A stretch of 64,000 bases of DNA from Gemmatimonadota bacterium. GTDB lineage: Bacteria > Gemmatimonadota > Gemmatimonadetes > Palauibacterales > KS3-K002. The stretch is taken from NCBI GenBank assembly GCA_036475815.1, contig JAZGAL010000090.1, forward strand, positions 1,613 to 65,612. The letters are read 5' to 3'. Shown here piece by piece: positions 36,910 to 45,185 of the stretch. The position numbers and the translations under genes are program-made. Each line of letters begins with the position of its first letter. Position 1 is the first letter of the stretch. The notes beneath the pieces were generated by a model. It was given only the letters and a program-made list of their open reading frames with translations. It ran no database searches and had not been told where the DNA came from.

Positions 36910-38373
36910 TCAGCCCTTGGCGAATTGTGCCCAGGTGAGCGTGTGGCCGGCGCACATACCCTTGGCCTCGCGGCGAGCGCTGTACATGGCGGCGTCGGCC
37001 TCGGCCACCAGCGTTTCGACAACTGACGGGAAATCGGGGAATCCATAATCAGAAGGTCGGACCTCGCAGGGATCCAGCGTGGCCATGCCCATGCTCGTCT
37101 TCAGCGGCGTCACACCGGTGGGCCAGGGCCGACCCCGTTCGCTGACCAGTGCCTGGTGAAGGCGGTCAGCGACGATGTCGGCGCCTTCGTGGTTGGCGTC
37201 AATGAGGATCACCAGGAACTCGTCTCCTCCGAACCGCCCGACGACGTCCGAGTCGCGCACTTGGTCCTTCAGGAGGCCGCCGAGGTGGCGGAGCGCCCGG
37301 TCGCCTACTACGTGGCCACGCCGGTCGTTGAGCTGCTTGAAGTTGTCGATGTCGATCATCAGAACGGAGACGGGAAACGCCTTGCGCCAGGCGAGCTTGA
37401 CCGTCTCTCGCAGGCGATCTAGCGTGAACGACTTCTGAAAGACTCGCGTCGTAGCGTCCACCGTGGCCAGCTCGTAAAGCGCGGCGTTCCGAATCGCCGC
37501 GGCAGCCTGGCTGGTGAAGAGCTGGAGGAGATCCAGATCGCGATCGGCGGAGCGCGGTCGGTCGAGATAGGCAATGCCAAGCACGTGCTCGGCCAGCGCG
37601 AGCGGCAATACGCCGTGCCGATCGTCGATGATATGGCTGCGCTCTTCGACCGCTCGGCTCAGCAGGTGACCCGGCACCCCCTTGATCTTGTCGACCGTCT
37701 CTCCCCGTGGGAAGCTGCCTGCGCTGCTGGCTCCCACGACATAGTCATCGATGGTCTGTACGGAGTCGCCGAACCCTTCAAGTGCAGGCTTGCCCACCGG
37801 ATCGCTCATACGGGCGGCCACGAACGCGCTCTTGCCTCCGACCAGTCCCTCGATTCGCTCCAGAATTGTCTCCAACACCTCGTCCAGCGACTGGATGCGA
37901 TGCAGGTCCGGCACCGCCTCCAGGACCTGCTGCAGCCGCTGACGTGTCTTACGGATGGCGCCGAGCTGCCGCGCGCTCATGAGCGCCGCGTTGACCCATA
38001 GACGCAGGCCGTCACTCCCGTGCTCTTTGTCATGGTAGCCGTAGATGTCATGAGAGCGACTGAAGGCGCGGAAGCGGTCATCCGGCGGACCCGAGGCCGT
38101 CAGGATCGCAGGTGCGGCGGGCGCCAGCGCACGTAGGTCGCCCAGCGGGTCTGCGCCGTCCGTCTCCAAGAGCGCCAGCTCCACCACAATCAGGTCGGGC
38201 GTCTGGTCGGCCAGGAAATTGGCGGCGGCGAGGAGATCCTCGGCGCCCCAGGCCCGGTACCCGTCCCCGGCGATGAGCTTGCAGCTGTGGCTGAGAAACC
38301 GGGGGTCGCTGTCAACAAGCAGGGCGCTGAGTCCCTGCTCCGATCGATTCATCCCTCCATCACTCATGGGCAA
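36910..38373 (-). CDS. receiver(atypical)-GAF-GGDEF diguanylate cyclase
   Basis: REC-like N-terminus (ALLVDSDP...DLIVVELALLETDG...ILTASG...HDK), a central GAF-like region, and a GGDEF domain with active site RFGGDEFLV and I-site RDSD 5 aa upstream. The start is TTG 38373 or ATG 38367. Confidence 0.85.
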   Translation of the reverse strand: MPMSDGGMNRSEQGLSALLVDSDPRFLSHSCKLIAGDGYRAWGAEDLLAAANFLADQTPDLIVVELALLETDGADPLGDLRALAPAAPAILTASGPPDDRFRAFSRSHDIYGYHDKEHGSDGLRLWVNAALMSARQLGAIRKTRQRLQQVLEAVPDLHRIQSLDEVLETILERIEGLVGGKSAFVAARMSDPVGKPALEGFGDSVQTIDDYVVGASSAGSFPRGETVDKIKGVPGHLLSRAVEERSHIIDDRHGVLPLALAEHVLGIAYLDRPRSADRDLDLLQLFTSQAAAAIRNAALYELATVDATTRVFQKSFTLDRLRETVKLAWRKAFPVSVLMIDIDNFKQLNDRRGHVVGDRALRHLGGLLKDQVRDSDVVGRFGGDEFLVILIDANHEGADIVADRLHQALVSERGRPWPTGVTPLKTSMGMATLDPCEVRPSDYGFPDFPSVVETLVAEADAAMYSARREAKGMCAGHTLTWAQFAKG

Positions 38374-38536
38374 CCACTCGCATCCTTATTCAGGCCAGAT
38401 ACGGCCGTATGGACTGACAACTGCGAATAATGGGGGAGCCGAAGTGGCGGCGGGAGGGAGTGTAAGACTATTACACTGGTAGTGCCAGTAGGTTCACCGC
38501 CGCGCAGGCTGGCCCGGACCTGTGATGGGAGGCTGC

Positions 38537-38809
38537 ATGGACGAGAGGCGCGCAGTTGTGATCACCGAGCCAGGCTGTCCCGAAGTGCTTGTCATACAAA
38601 GAGTTTGGAGAGATCCGGGTCAGGGTCCGGGCGGCCGGGATCAACCGGGCGGACCTCCTCCAGCGGCGGGGCCTCTACCCACCACCGCCGGGCTGGCCGG
38701 CAGAAATTCCGGGGCTCGAGTACGCCGGCGCGGTGGAGGCGGTGGGCGAGGGAGCCGAAATGTGGAAGGTGGGCGACCGGGTGATGGGGCTGGTTGGCGG
38801 TGGCGGCTA
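38537..38809 (+). pseudogene. NADPH:quinone oxidoreductase / zinc-ADH family, 5' fragment with frameshift and 3' truncation
   Basis: MDERRAVVITEPGCPEVL is in one frame, and ...EFGEIRVRVRAAGINRADLLQRRGLYPPPPGWPAEIPGLEYAGAVEAVGEGAEMWKVGDRVMGLVGGGGY in another. Similarity stops exactly at the stop codon of the convergent helicase gene, and no Rossmann domain follows. Confidence 0.6.
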
Positions 38810-40027
38810 CCTTCGGCGGGCCGCGCCGCGCCTCGGCCGTAGCGAAGGTCCTTGCGGTTTCAGGGTTGGCGTAAGCTCGGCGGGCTGCATCGGCATAACG
38901 GCTGGCTCGAATCCCGGCACGATCTCACGGGAGAACGTTCGGCCCATCAGCTTTTCCACGTCGCTCATCAGGGTCCACTCATCCGGCGACATGAGCGTCA
39001 TTGCGATGCCTTGCGCGCCGGCCCGCGCCGTCCGACCAACGCGATGGACGTAGGCCTCCGGATCGCGGGGGACGTCATAGTTCACCACCAGGGCGATGTC
39101 GTCGACGTCAATGCCGCGGGCGGCCACATCGGTCGCGACCAGGACTCGGGTCACCCCTCTCTTGAACCGGCCGAGGGCCTCGTTGCGAGCGCTCTGTGTC
39201 TTGCCACCGTGGAACGCCGCCACGTTGTTGCCCTCGCGACGGAGATGGTGGGCGACGATCTCCGCGGCGTGCCTCGTCCGTGTGAACACGAGGGTGCGGT
39301 CGTCCGGGAGAACCTCCAGCAGCTTCGCGAGCAGACTCCGCTTGCGGGATTTGTCCACCGCAACCAACACGTGCTCGACCCCCTCGGCCGCTTCGGCACG
39401 CCGACCGATCTCGACTGCTGCATATTTATTAAGTGCGCGGCGCGCCAACCGGTCCACGTCGCCCGAGATCGTGGCCGAGAAGAACATCGTCTGACGGTCG
39501 GCGGGTAGCGTGTCGATAATCTTGTTGACGTCGGGCGAGAACCCCATGTCCAGCATCCGGTCCGCTTCGTCGAGGACGAGCACCTCGAGCTTCGAGGTGT
39601 CCACGTGTCCGCGACCTATGTGGTCCAGCAGCCGTCCGGGCGTGGCGATCACGATGTCGACGCCCTCTTTGAGCGCGCGGGTTTGGGGCTCCATGCGCAC
39701 GCCACCGTATACCGCGACCGACTTCAGGTCGACGTGCCTGCCATAGGTGCGGGCACTGTTCAAGACCTGTTCGGCGAGCTCGCGAGTAGGGGCCAAAACG
39801 AGCGCCCGGAGCGTTCCACGTGGACCGGCCTTGAGACGCTGAAGGATCGGCAGGAGAAACGCCGCCGTCTTCCCGGTACCGGTCTGCGCCGAACCGACCA
39901 CGTCACGGCCTTCCAGGCCCGCCGGTATTGCCTCGTACTGAATTGGGGTGGGCTCGGTATACCCCTGTTCGTCCAGAGCCCGCAAGAGTTCGGGCGCGAG
40001 GCCCAGTGATTGAAACGATTTCTTCAT
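38807..40027 (-). CDS. DEAD-box ATP-dependent RNA helicase (RhlE-like)
   Basis: F..LGL...Q-motif, AQTGTGKTAAF, PTRELA, VLDEADRMLDMGF, SAT and HRVGRTARAG, with a basic C-terminal tail. Start chosen at ATG 40027 (MKKSFQSLGL). Confidence 0.9.
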   Translation of the reverse strand: MKKSFQSLGLAPELLRALDEQGYTEPTPIQYEAIPAGLEGRDVVGSAQTGTGKTAAFLLPILQRLKAGPRGTLRALVLAPTRELAEQVLNSARTYGRHVDLKSVAVYGGVRMEPQTRALKEGVDIVIATPGRLLDHIGRGHVDTSKLEVLVLDEADRMLDMGFSPDVNKIIDTLPADRQTMFFSATISGDVDRLARRALNKYAAVEIGRRAEAAEGVEHVLVAVDKSRKRSLLAKLLEVLPDDRTLVFTRTRHAAEIVAHHLRREGNNVAAFHGGKTQSARNEALGRFKRGVTRVLVATDVAARGIDVDDIALVVNYDVPRDPEAYVHRVGRTARAGAQGIAMTLMSPDEWTLMSDVEKLMGRTFSREIVPGFEPAVMPMQPAELTPTLKPQGPSLRPRRGAARRR

Positions 40028-40319
40028 ACAAAACAGCTCTTCATTGTGTGCATACACGTGCCGGGTGACGTCCGTGTCACTGGGAACGCGCTGCTCGTGA
40101 TTGATTGAACCTGAGGAGTGAAGCGGCGAGTTTGCTAGGCGCCGGTACCCAATCCTAAGCCGGGTGACATTCTGCGGAGAGAAGAAATCCAGCTTGCGGT
40201 TCGTACTGCCGGCCGGAAGATAGTGGGTTACGGCGTTCTAGGCAACTGAGCTGCAGGATCGCTGGGAATAACCCTGGTCGCCTTCGCGATGCGGCTATGT
40301 GGAGACTGGGAAGAAGGCC

Positions 40320-40748
40320 TCAGCCTGCAAGCTCCAGATTGGGGGCGGTTAGCGGTTCCGCACTTGCGACGAGGGCTGGGCCAACCGCACCGGCATATTC
40401 CCCCATTTGGTCCACCGAATCGTGCATCGCCGCCTTCAAGACTTCGAACTCCTCCTCAGAGTCGGGAGTTATCGCGGCCGTGTTCAGTCGGTGAACCAGT
40501 CTGATGAAGTCGTCCAGTTCTTTCCTGAGGGCTAGGTAGCGGCGTTCGTTGGTGAAGAACGGGTTCACTCCGTAGAGGAAACCGAGCAGGGCCACCAGTA
40601 GGCCGAGGGCGACGGTGAGATACCAGTAGAAGAACTCACTCAAGAAGACAAAGCTGCTGAGCACGATCGTCACGCCGACTACAGCCGTCGCCAAGCCGAT
40701 GTAGCGATTGAATGTCCGACGCCAGGTGCTGCGACCCTCTTTTGCCAT
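40320..40748 (-). CDS. hypothetical two-TM membrane protein
   Basis: ATG 40748 follows GAGAGG. Two TM helices (IGLATAVVGVTIVLSSFVFL; YLTVALGLLVALLGFLYGV) then an acidic helical tail. Confidence 0.5.
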   Translation of the reverse strand: MAKEGRSTWRRTFNRYIGLATAVVGVTIVLSSFVFLSEFFYWYLTVALGLLVALLGFLYGVNPFFTNERRYLALRKELDDFIRLVHRLNTAAITPDSEEEFEVLKAAMHDSVDQMGEYAGAVGPALVASAEPLTAPNLELAG

Positions 40749-40953
40749 CACGACCTCTCTCACTGTTTGACCCGTTGGACCTGGGGGTGTCCACCAAAGT
40801 CGTCGCAATTCGTGGGCTACCAACTGCACGGTACGGGCCACTTTTCGAGCACGCTCGCGTTGATGCCTGGCTCGGATGGCGCTGCATCGCCGTTTGAGCT
40901 CGGGGGTTTGGCGTAAATCGTTAAGAGGAAAAGTGTTACACCATCGTCGCCTA

Positions 40954-40968
40954 TGGCACAGGGATTGC
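40954..40968 (+). promoter_or_regulatory. sigma54 (-24/-12) promoter
   Basis: TGGCAC-AGGGA-TTGC is a perfect match to TGGCAC-N5-TTGC. It lies in an AT-richer intergenic region about 160 nt upstream of the first minor-pilin-like gene. Confidence 0.5.
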
Positions 40969-41129
40969 CCCTTCTAATGGGGACCCAACGGGTGAGCACT
41001 GAACATACGGCTGTATACATAGGCGGTGCATGTTGAGTGCTGATAGCCGGTTGGGTTGCTGCGAAACGAGCCCGTGATGCACCAATCAGGGCCGCGGACT
41101 CTGCAAATCTTTCACATTGGAGTCAACGA

Positions 41130-41543
41130 GTGTCGGATAGCGACTCTGCGGAGACGGTCGGAAAAGTCGTCGGAGAACGGTCAGAGTACCAAGCACGGCT
41201 AGACCGACAGGCGGGTCTCGGGATCATCGAAGTCATGATTGCACTGGTGATCTTCTCGACAGCCATCCTAGGTATCGTGGGCACCGCCGCTCACGTCGGC
41301 GGGATTATGAACACCTCGCACGTGCGACTGTTCGCCGGTTCGATCTGCCGTGCGCAGCTCGAGGAGCTTCTCGCCACGCCGTACGACTCGTTGGTGAACG
41401 GCACGGTCGATACCCAAGGCGTGCACATGACCTGGAACGTTGCACAGAGCAGTGCCGCCAAAGAGATCCTGCTCGTTTACGAGTACGACGTTCCCAGAGG
41501 GGCGCGCAGCGACACGCTGGCCGCGGCGATGCTGAGACCATGA
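41130..41543 (+). CDS. prepilin-type N-terminal cleavage/methylation domain protein (PilV-like minor pilin)
   Basis: ...RQAG|LGIIEVMIALVIFSTAILGIVG has Gly at -1, Glu at +5 and a hydrophobic helix. GTG 41130 follows GGAG; the track ORF starts at 41037, so the start is uncertain. Confidence 0.7.
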   Translation: MSDSDSAETVGKVVGERSEYQARLDRQAGLGIIEVMIALVIFSTAILGIVGTAAHVGGIMNTSHVRLFAGSICRAQLEELLATPYDSLVNGTVDTQGVHMTWNVAQSSAAKEILLVYEYDVPRGARSDTLAAAMLRP

Positions 41544-42379
41544 CCCAGCATCCGCTTTGGAACAACCGGGGTGTTGGCCTCGTCGAGACTTTGATCGCCT
41601 TCACGCTGCTCGCCGTGGTGCTGGCCGCGATGGTCGGCGTTCTGATCCAACAGCAGCGCTTCTATCTCATCGCTAGTGATGCGGCCAACACCATGGGCAC
41701 TCTCCAGAGGTTCGAGGAGGTCATGACTCCTGAGCTATTGCCGCTCAACCCGGCAGCCGGTGATGTCGTCTACGCCGACGCCGACTCCGTAGCAGCCCGG
41801 GCTTTCCGTGGTGTGTACTGGGTTTGTGACAAGAGGATGCTGGCGGATGCCGAGATCACGGTACGGTCGCTGACCGGTGGCCTGGCCATTGCAGCGGACA
41901 GCGCGCTGGTTTACTCGAACGGTACCCGAGCGACGATCGCTGACGATCACTGGAAGCGAGTCGAGGTCACCTCGGTGACCAGCGATGTATGTCCCGACAG
42001 TTCTCAGGGGTGGACGGCGGTGGTTCCGAGTCTGAACTCCTCCCTGGCGGAGGTGCCGGTGGGAGCGCCGGTCCGCGCGTTTCACATGGCCAGCTACTGG
42101 CTGACCACCCAGAACGGTTCGTGGTACATGAAGAGCGACGCGCTGGATGGCTCGCCGATGGTTGTGAGCGGTCCGCTGGCTCCCGCCGATTCGACGGGTT
42201 CTTCGATCCTGAGCCTGAGGTACACGGATCGATTCGGGAAGACGACAGCGACGCTGACGGAGATCCACAAGATCGAGATCGACGTTTCCGCTTTGGGTAT
42301 GGTCCCGACCACGCGTGGAGGGGTCCCGATGAGCAAGAACCGTGCTTTGGTCGTGAAACTCAGGAATGCGGGCCAGTGA
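41540..42379 (+). CDS. prepilin-type N-terminal domain protein (PilW-like minor pilin)
   Basis: ATGA overlap with the upstream gene. MTQHPLWNNRG|VGLVETLIAFTLLAVVLAAMVGVLIQQQRFY. 279 aa. Confidence 0.7.
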   Translation: MTQHPLWNNRGVGLVETLIAFTLLAVVLAAMVGVLIQQQRFYLIASDAANTMGTLQRFEEVMTPELLPLNPAAGDVVYADADSVAARAFRGVYWVCDKRMLADAEITVRSLTGGLAIAADSALVYSNGTRATIADDHWKRVEVTSVTSDVCPDSSQGWTAVVPSLNSSLAEVPVGAPVRAFHMASYWLTTQNGSWYMKSDALDGSPMVVSGPLAPADSTGSSILSLRYTDRFGKTTATLTEIHKIEIDVSALGMVPTTRGGVPMSKNRALVVKLRNAGQ

Positions 42380-43524
42380 AGAGTTCCAGCCGGCTGTTTC
42401 ATAACTGCGTGAAGAACCAGTCCGGGTTCGGGCTGCCGTCTACGATCATCATGCTCGTCATCTTCGTGATCGTAGGTGTGGCGGGGTTGGCGATGGCGAG
42501 ACAGGAGCTTCGCACGCAGGCGCGAGTGACCTCTCGCGAGATCGCTTTCTACGCTGCGGAGGCTGGGCTCGCGAAAGGCATCCTGAATTGGAATCGGCCC
42601 GGCGGAGTGGAGGTTGCCGGAACGAGTTGGACGATCGACCAGGGGGTTCTGGCCGGTGGTTCCAGCTATCGTGTTGGTGCCACCCGACTGGATGCTGGGG
42701 CCGTCCACGCGATCTTTGCGCTTCGCTCCCAAGGCAGGGCAGCGAATGGCCAGACGCAGGTGGCTAACCTGCTAGTGGCGACGGTCCCATTGGACGGACT
42801 GTTCAGGGGCGCCCTGCAGACTAAAGACAGCGTGGACCTGGCGGGGACGGCGCGTGTGAACGGGTTCGATCACATTCCGGCGAGTTGGGATGGGCCCTAC
42901 TGCTCGGCTCTGGACGAGCACAAGGCCGGCGTGGTGATGGCAGACACCAGCATGTTCAAGCGTGTGGGCGCGGCGAAACACGAGGGTGTGCCGCCTCTAC
43001 TTGAAGATACCGATACCGTGGGCTTTTTCGATTTTGGGGACCTGACTTTTGACGAGCTTGCCGCGCAGGCCGACGTCACTCTTCCCCCGGGTCAGATCGT
43101 CGACAATGGGACGAATCTCGGGCCATCTCTGAACGGGGATGGAACGTGCAACACCTCGGATCAGTGGAACTGGGGCGACCCGTTGAATCCCGGCCAGCCC
43201 TGCAGCAACTGGTTCCCGATAATCCATGCCACGGGTGACGTATCGCTGCAAGCGAACCTCCAGGGACAAGGTCTGCTGCTCGTCGAGGGTGATCTGCGGG
43301 CTGCCGGTGGCTTCGAGTTCTATGGTCCGGTGATCGTCAAGGGATCGCTCATCGCCGAAGGTGGTTTCCGGTTCTACGGCGGTGTAAAGGCGCAGGAGAC
43401 GGATCTGGGTGCAGGCAACTCGGTGCTGTTCTACAGCAATTGCGTGCTCCAGCGCGCGCTCAGCCACACCAGCGCCTCGAAGCCGCGTGTATTGTCAGGG
43501 CGACCGTGGTTCCAAACCCGCTAG
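42376..43524 (+). CDS. PilX-N-terminal-domain protein (large PilX-like minor pilin / pilus tip candidate)
   Basis: GTGA overlap with the upstream gene. ...SGFGLPSTIIMLVIFVIVGVAGLAMARQELRTQARVTSREIAFYAAEAGL is PilX_N-like. The C-terminal ~250 aa are Gly-rich and beta-rich (GDLRAAGGFEFYGPVIVKGSLIAEGGFRFYGGV). Confidence 0.65.
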   Translation: MKSSSRLFHNCVKNQSGFGLPSTIIMLVIFVIVGVAGLAMARQELRTQARVTSREIAFYAAEAGLAKGILNWNRPGGVEVAGTSWTIDQGVLAGGSSYRVGATRLDAGAVHAIFALRSQGRAANGQTQVANLLVATVPLDGLFRGALQTKDSVDLAGTARVNGFDHIPASWDGPYCSALDEHKAGVVMADTSMFKRVGAAKHEGVPPLLEDTDTVGFFDFGDLTFDELAAQADVTLPPGQIVDNGTNLGPSLNGDGTCNTSDQWNWGDPLNPGQPCSNWFPIIHATGDVSLQANLQGQGLLLVEGDLRAAGGFEFYGPVIVKGSLIAEGGFRFYGGVKAQETDLGAGNSVLFYSNCVLQRALSHTSASKPRVLSGRPWFQTR

Positions 43525-43571
43525 CGATCTAGCTGAAGCCGGACGCTGTTCCAGCCCCGAAGTCGTGAGAC

Positions 43572-43604
43572 CCAGGCACTCGTCGTGAGTGCTTGGTTTT
43601 TTTT
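43572..43604 (+). terminator. rho-independent terminator
   Basis: CCAGGCACTC-gtcgt-GAGTGCTTGG, a 10-bp stem with one G:U pair, followed by T8, about 50 nt after the PilX-like stop. Confidence 0.75.
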
Positions 43605-43727
43605 CGCGGGTGATAGTTGCACCTTTGTGTGTGCGTCATCATCCTGTGAGATGTTTTCGACAGTCCTCGGTTGCAGCGAACGCGTACAGCGCCGGCGGAA
43701 GAGCCACACAGCGGAGACGGCGATCCC

Positions 43728-45185
43728 ATGACAACAAAGAGCTACAGGCCCGTCCTTGTTCTAGTAACAGCCTTTCTCGTCCTTTGGACTCCGTTGGAAG
43801 CCGTTGCCCAGGACAGCCGTCCCACCGCCGAGGAGCGAGAGTATGCAGTGGCGTGGGGATCCCACCATCTCTGCGCGGGTCTCTTCGTTGTGGGTCGCGA
43901 TTATCAGCGCGATCCCAGGACCGTGATCGGGCAGGACATCGCTCCCTTCCCGGCGTTTCGATGGGAGGAGTCGTTCCAATACGACGTCGACTGGGACAAC
44001 CGACGTGTGACGGTGAAGGCACCCGGCACGCACGCCCGTACGTCGACCTACTATGGTGACCAGGGGTGCGTCATCCACACGCGGGATTCAGACGAGATCC
44101 AGTTCACGCCAGTCGTTGTCGCGTCTACCCTGCCCGATCCCGCTGAGCAGTTATGGCCCACCGGCGACCTCGGCTGGCACGCGCCGCTGCCAGCGGGGGC
44201 GGATGCCGAGGCCTTCGATTCTACGCTCGATTGGGCGATGATCGAAGCGGGCCAGAATACTCGAGCGCTCGTCGTCGTCTACCAGGGAAAGATCATTGCC
44301 GAGCGCTACGCGCCCGGATTCACCGGCCATACGCCACAGATAAGCTGGTCGCAAGGCAAGAGCATCACGGCAGCGCTCGTGGGCATTCTGGTGCAGCAGG
44401 GCGAGCTCGAGCTTGACCAGCCCGCCCCGGTACCGGAGTGGCACCAGGACCCGGCCGATCCCCGGCGCGAGATCACGGTTCGGGATCTCCTTCACATGAG
44501 CAGCGGGCTGGACTTCAAGAACTACGGCGTTGCGGACTCGCTGTCCTACACGAAGGAGAACGAGCACTTCGTCATCTACTTCGATGCGGTGAACATCTTC
44601 GAGCACGCCATCAATCAGCCGATGGACATCCCACCCAACACGCGGTTCCGATACCGGAACAGTGATCCGCTCACGCTTGGACGGATCATCCGTCAAACGG
44701 TCGAGGCTGGGGGTGGGGACTACCTCACGTTCCCGCAGCGTGCTCTGTTCGACAGAATCGGCATGCGGAACGTGGTGTTGGAGACGGACACCTACGGCAA
44801 CTTCATCATGACCGGGTACGACTTCGCGAGCGCCCACGACTGGGCTCGCTTCGGCCTCCTGCACTTGTGGGACGGCGTGTGGCTACGCGAGCGCATCCTT
44901 CCCGAGGGTTGGGTGGAATTCATCAGCAGCCCGACGCCCACGGATCCGAGCCGCGGCTACGGCGGACTCTTCTGGCTGAACGCCGGTGGCGCGCTTCCGG
45001 ACGTGCCGCGCGACGCGTTCTGGGCGGCTGGATACATGGGCCAGAACACGGTTATCATCCCGTCTCTGGACATGGTAGTCGTGCGTCTCGGGCCAAGCCC
45101 GGGAGACTCGAACCGCTACTTGAACCGGGTCATCGCAGGGATCATCGAGGCGTTGGCAGGTGGCCGCTCGAATCATGAAGGGTAA
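43728..45185 (+). CDS. beta-lactamase-related serine hydrolase (class C/PBP-like) with an N-terminal extra domain
   Basis: Signal peptide MTTKSYRPVLVLVTAFLVLWTPLEAVA, SxxK motif (WSQGKSITA) and YxN motif (YRNSD). 485 aa. Confidence 0.8.
   Translation: MTTKSYRPVLVLVTAFLVLWTPLEAVAQDSRPTAEEREYAVAWGSHHLCAGLFVVGRDYQRDPRTVIGQDIAPFPAFRWEESFQYDVDWDNRRVTVKAPGTHARTSTYYGDQGCVIHTRDSDEIQFTPVVVASTLPDPAEQLWPTGDLGWHAPLPAGADAEAFDSTLDWAMIEAGQNTRALVVVYQGKIIAERYAPGFTGHTPQISWSQGKSITAALVGILVQQGELELDQPAPVPEWHQDPADPRREITVRDLLHMSSGLDFKNYGVADSLSYTKENEHFVIYFDAVNIFEHAINQPMDIPPNTRFRYRNSDPLTLGRIIRQTVEAGGGDYLTFPQRALFDRIGMRNVVLETDTYGNFIMTGYDFASAHDWARFGLLHLWDGVWLRERILPEGWVEFISSPTPTDPSRGYGGLFWLNAGGALPDVPRDAFWAAGYMGQNTVIIPSLDMVVVRLGPSPGDSNRYLNRVIAGIIEALAGGRSNHEG

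Noticed and set aside
41037-41129. The upstream extension of the PilV-like ORF (track start 41037), and the N-terminal extensions of the track ORFs 1940-2881, 29622-30521, 41989-43524, 19424-20488 and 46314-47606.
   Set aside because: The extensions overlap neighbouring well-supported genes, or would give an implausible leader of 60 aa or more. Internal ATG/GTG/TTG starts with SD-like sequences or 4-nt coupling overlaps fit better.
38807-43604. The segment from the helicase to the pilin operon was considered as an inserted genomic island, because a truncated qor lies at its left edge.
   Set aside because: There is no integrase, tRNA, flanking direct repeats or obvious composition shift apart from short AT-rich promoters. 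The right edge has no matching qor remainder. Only the left junction is reported.
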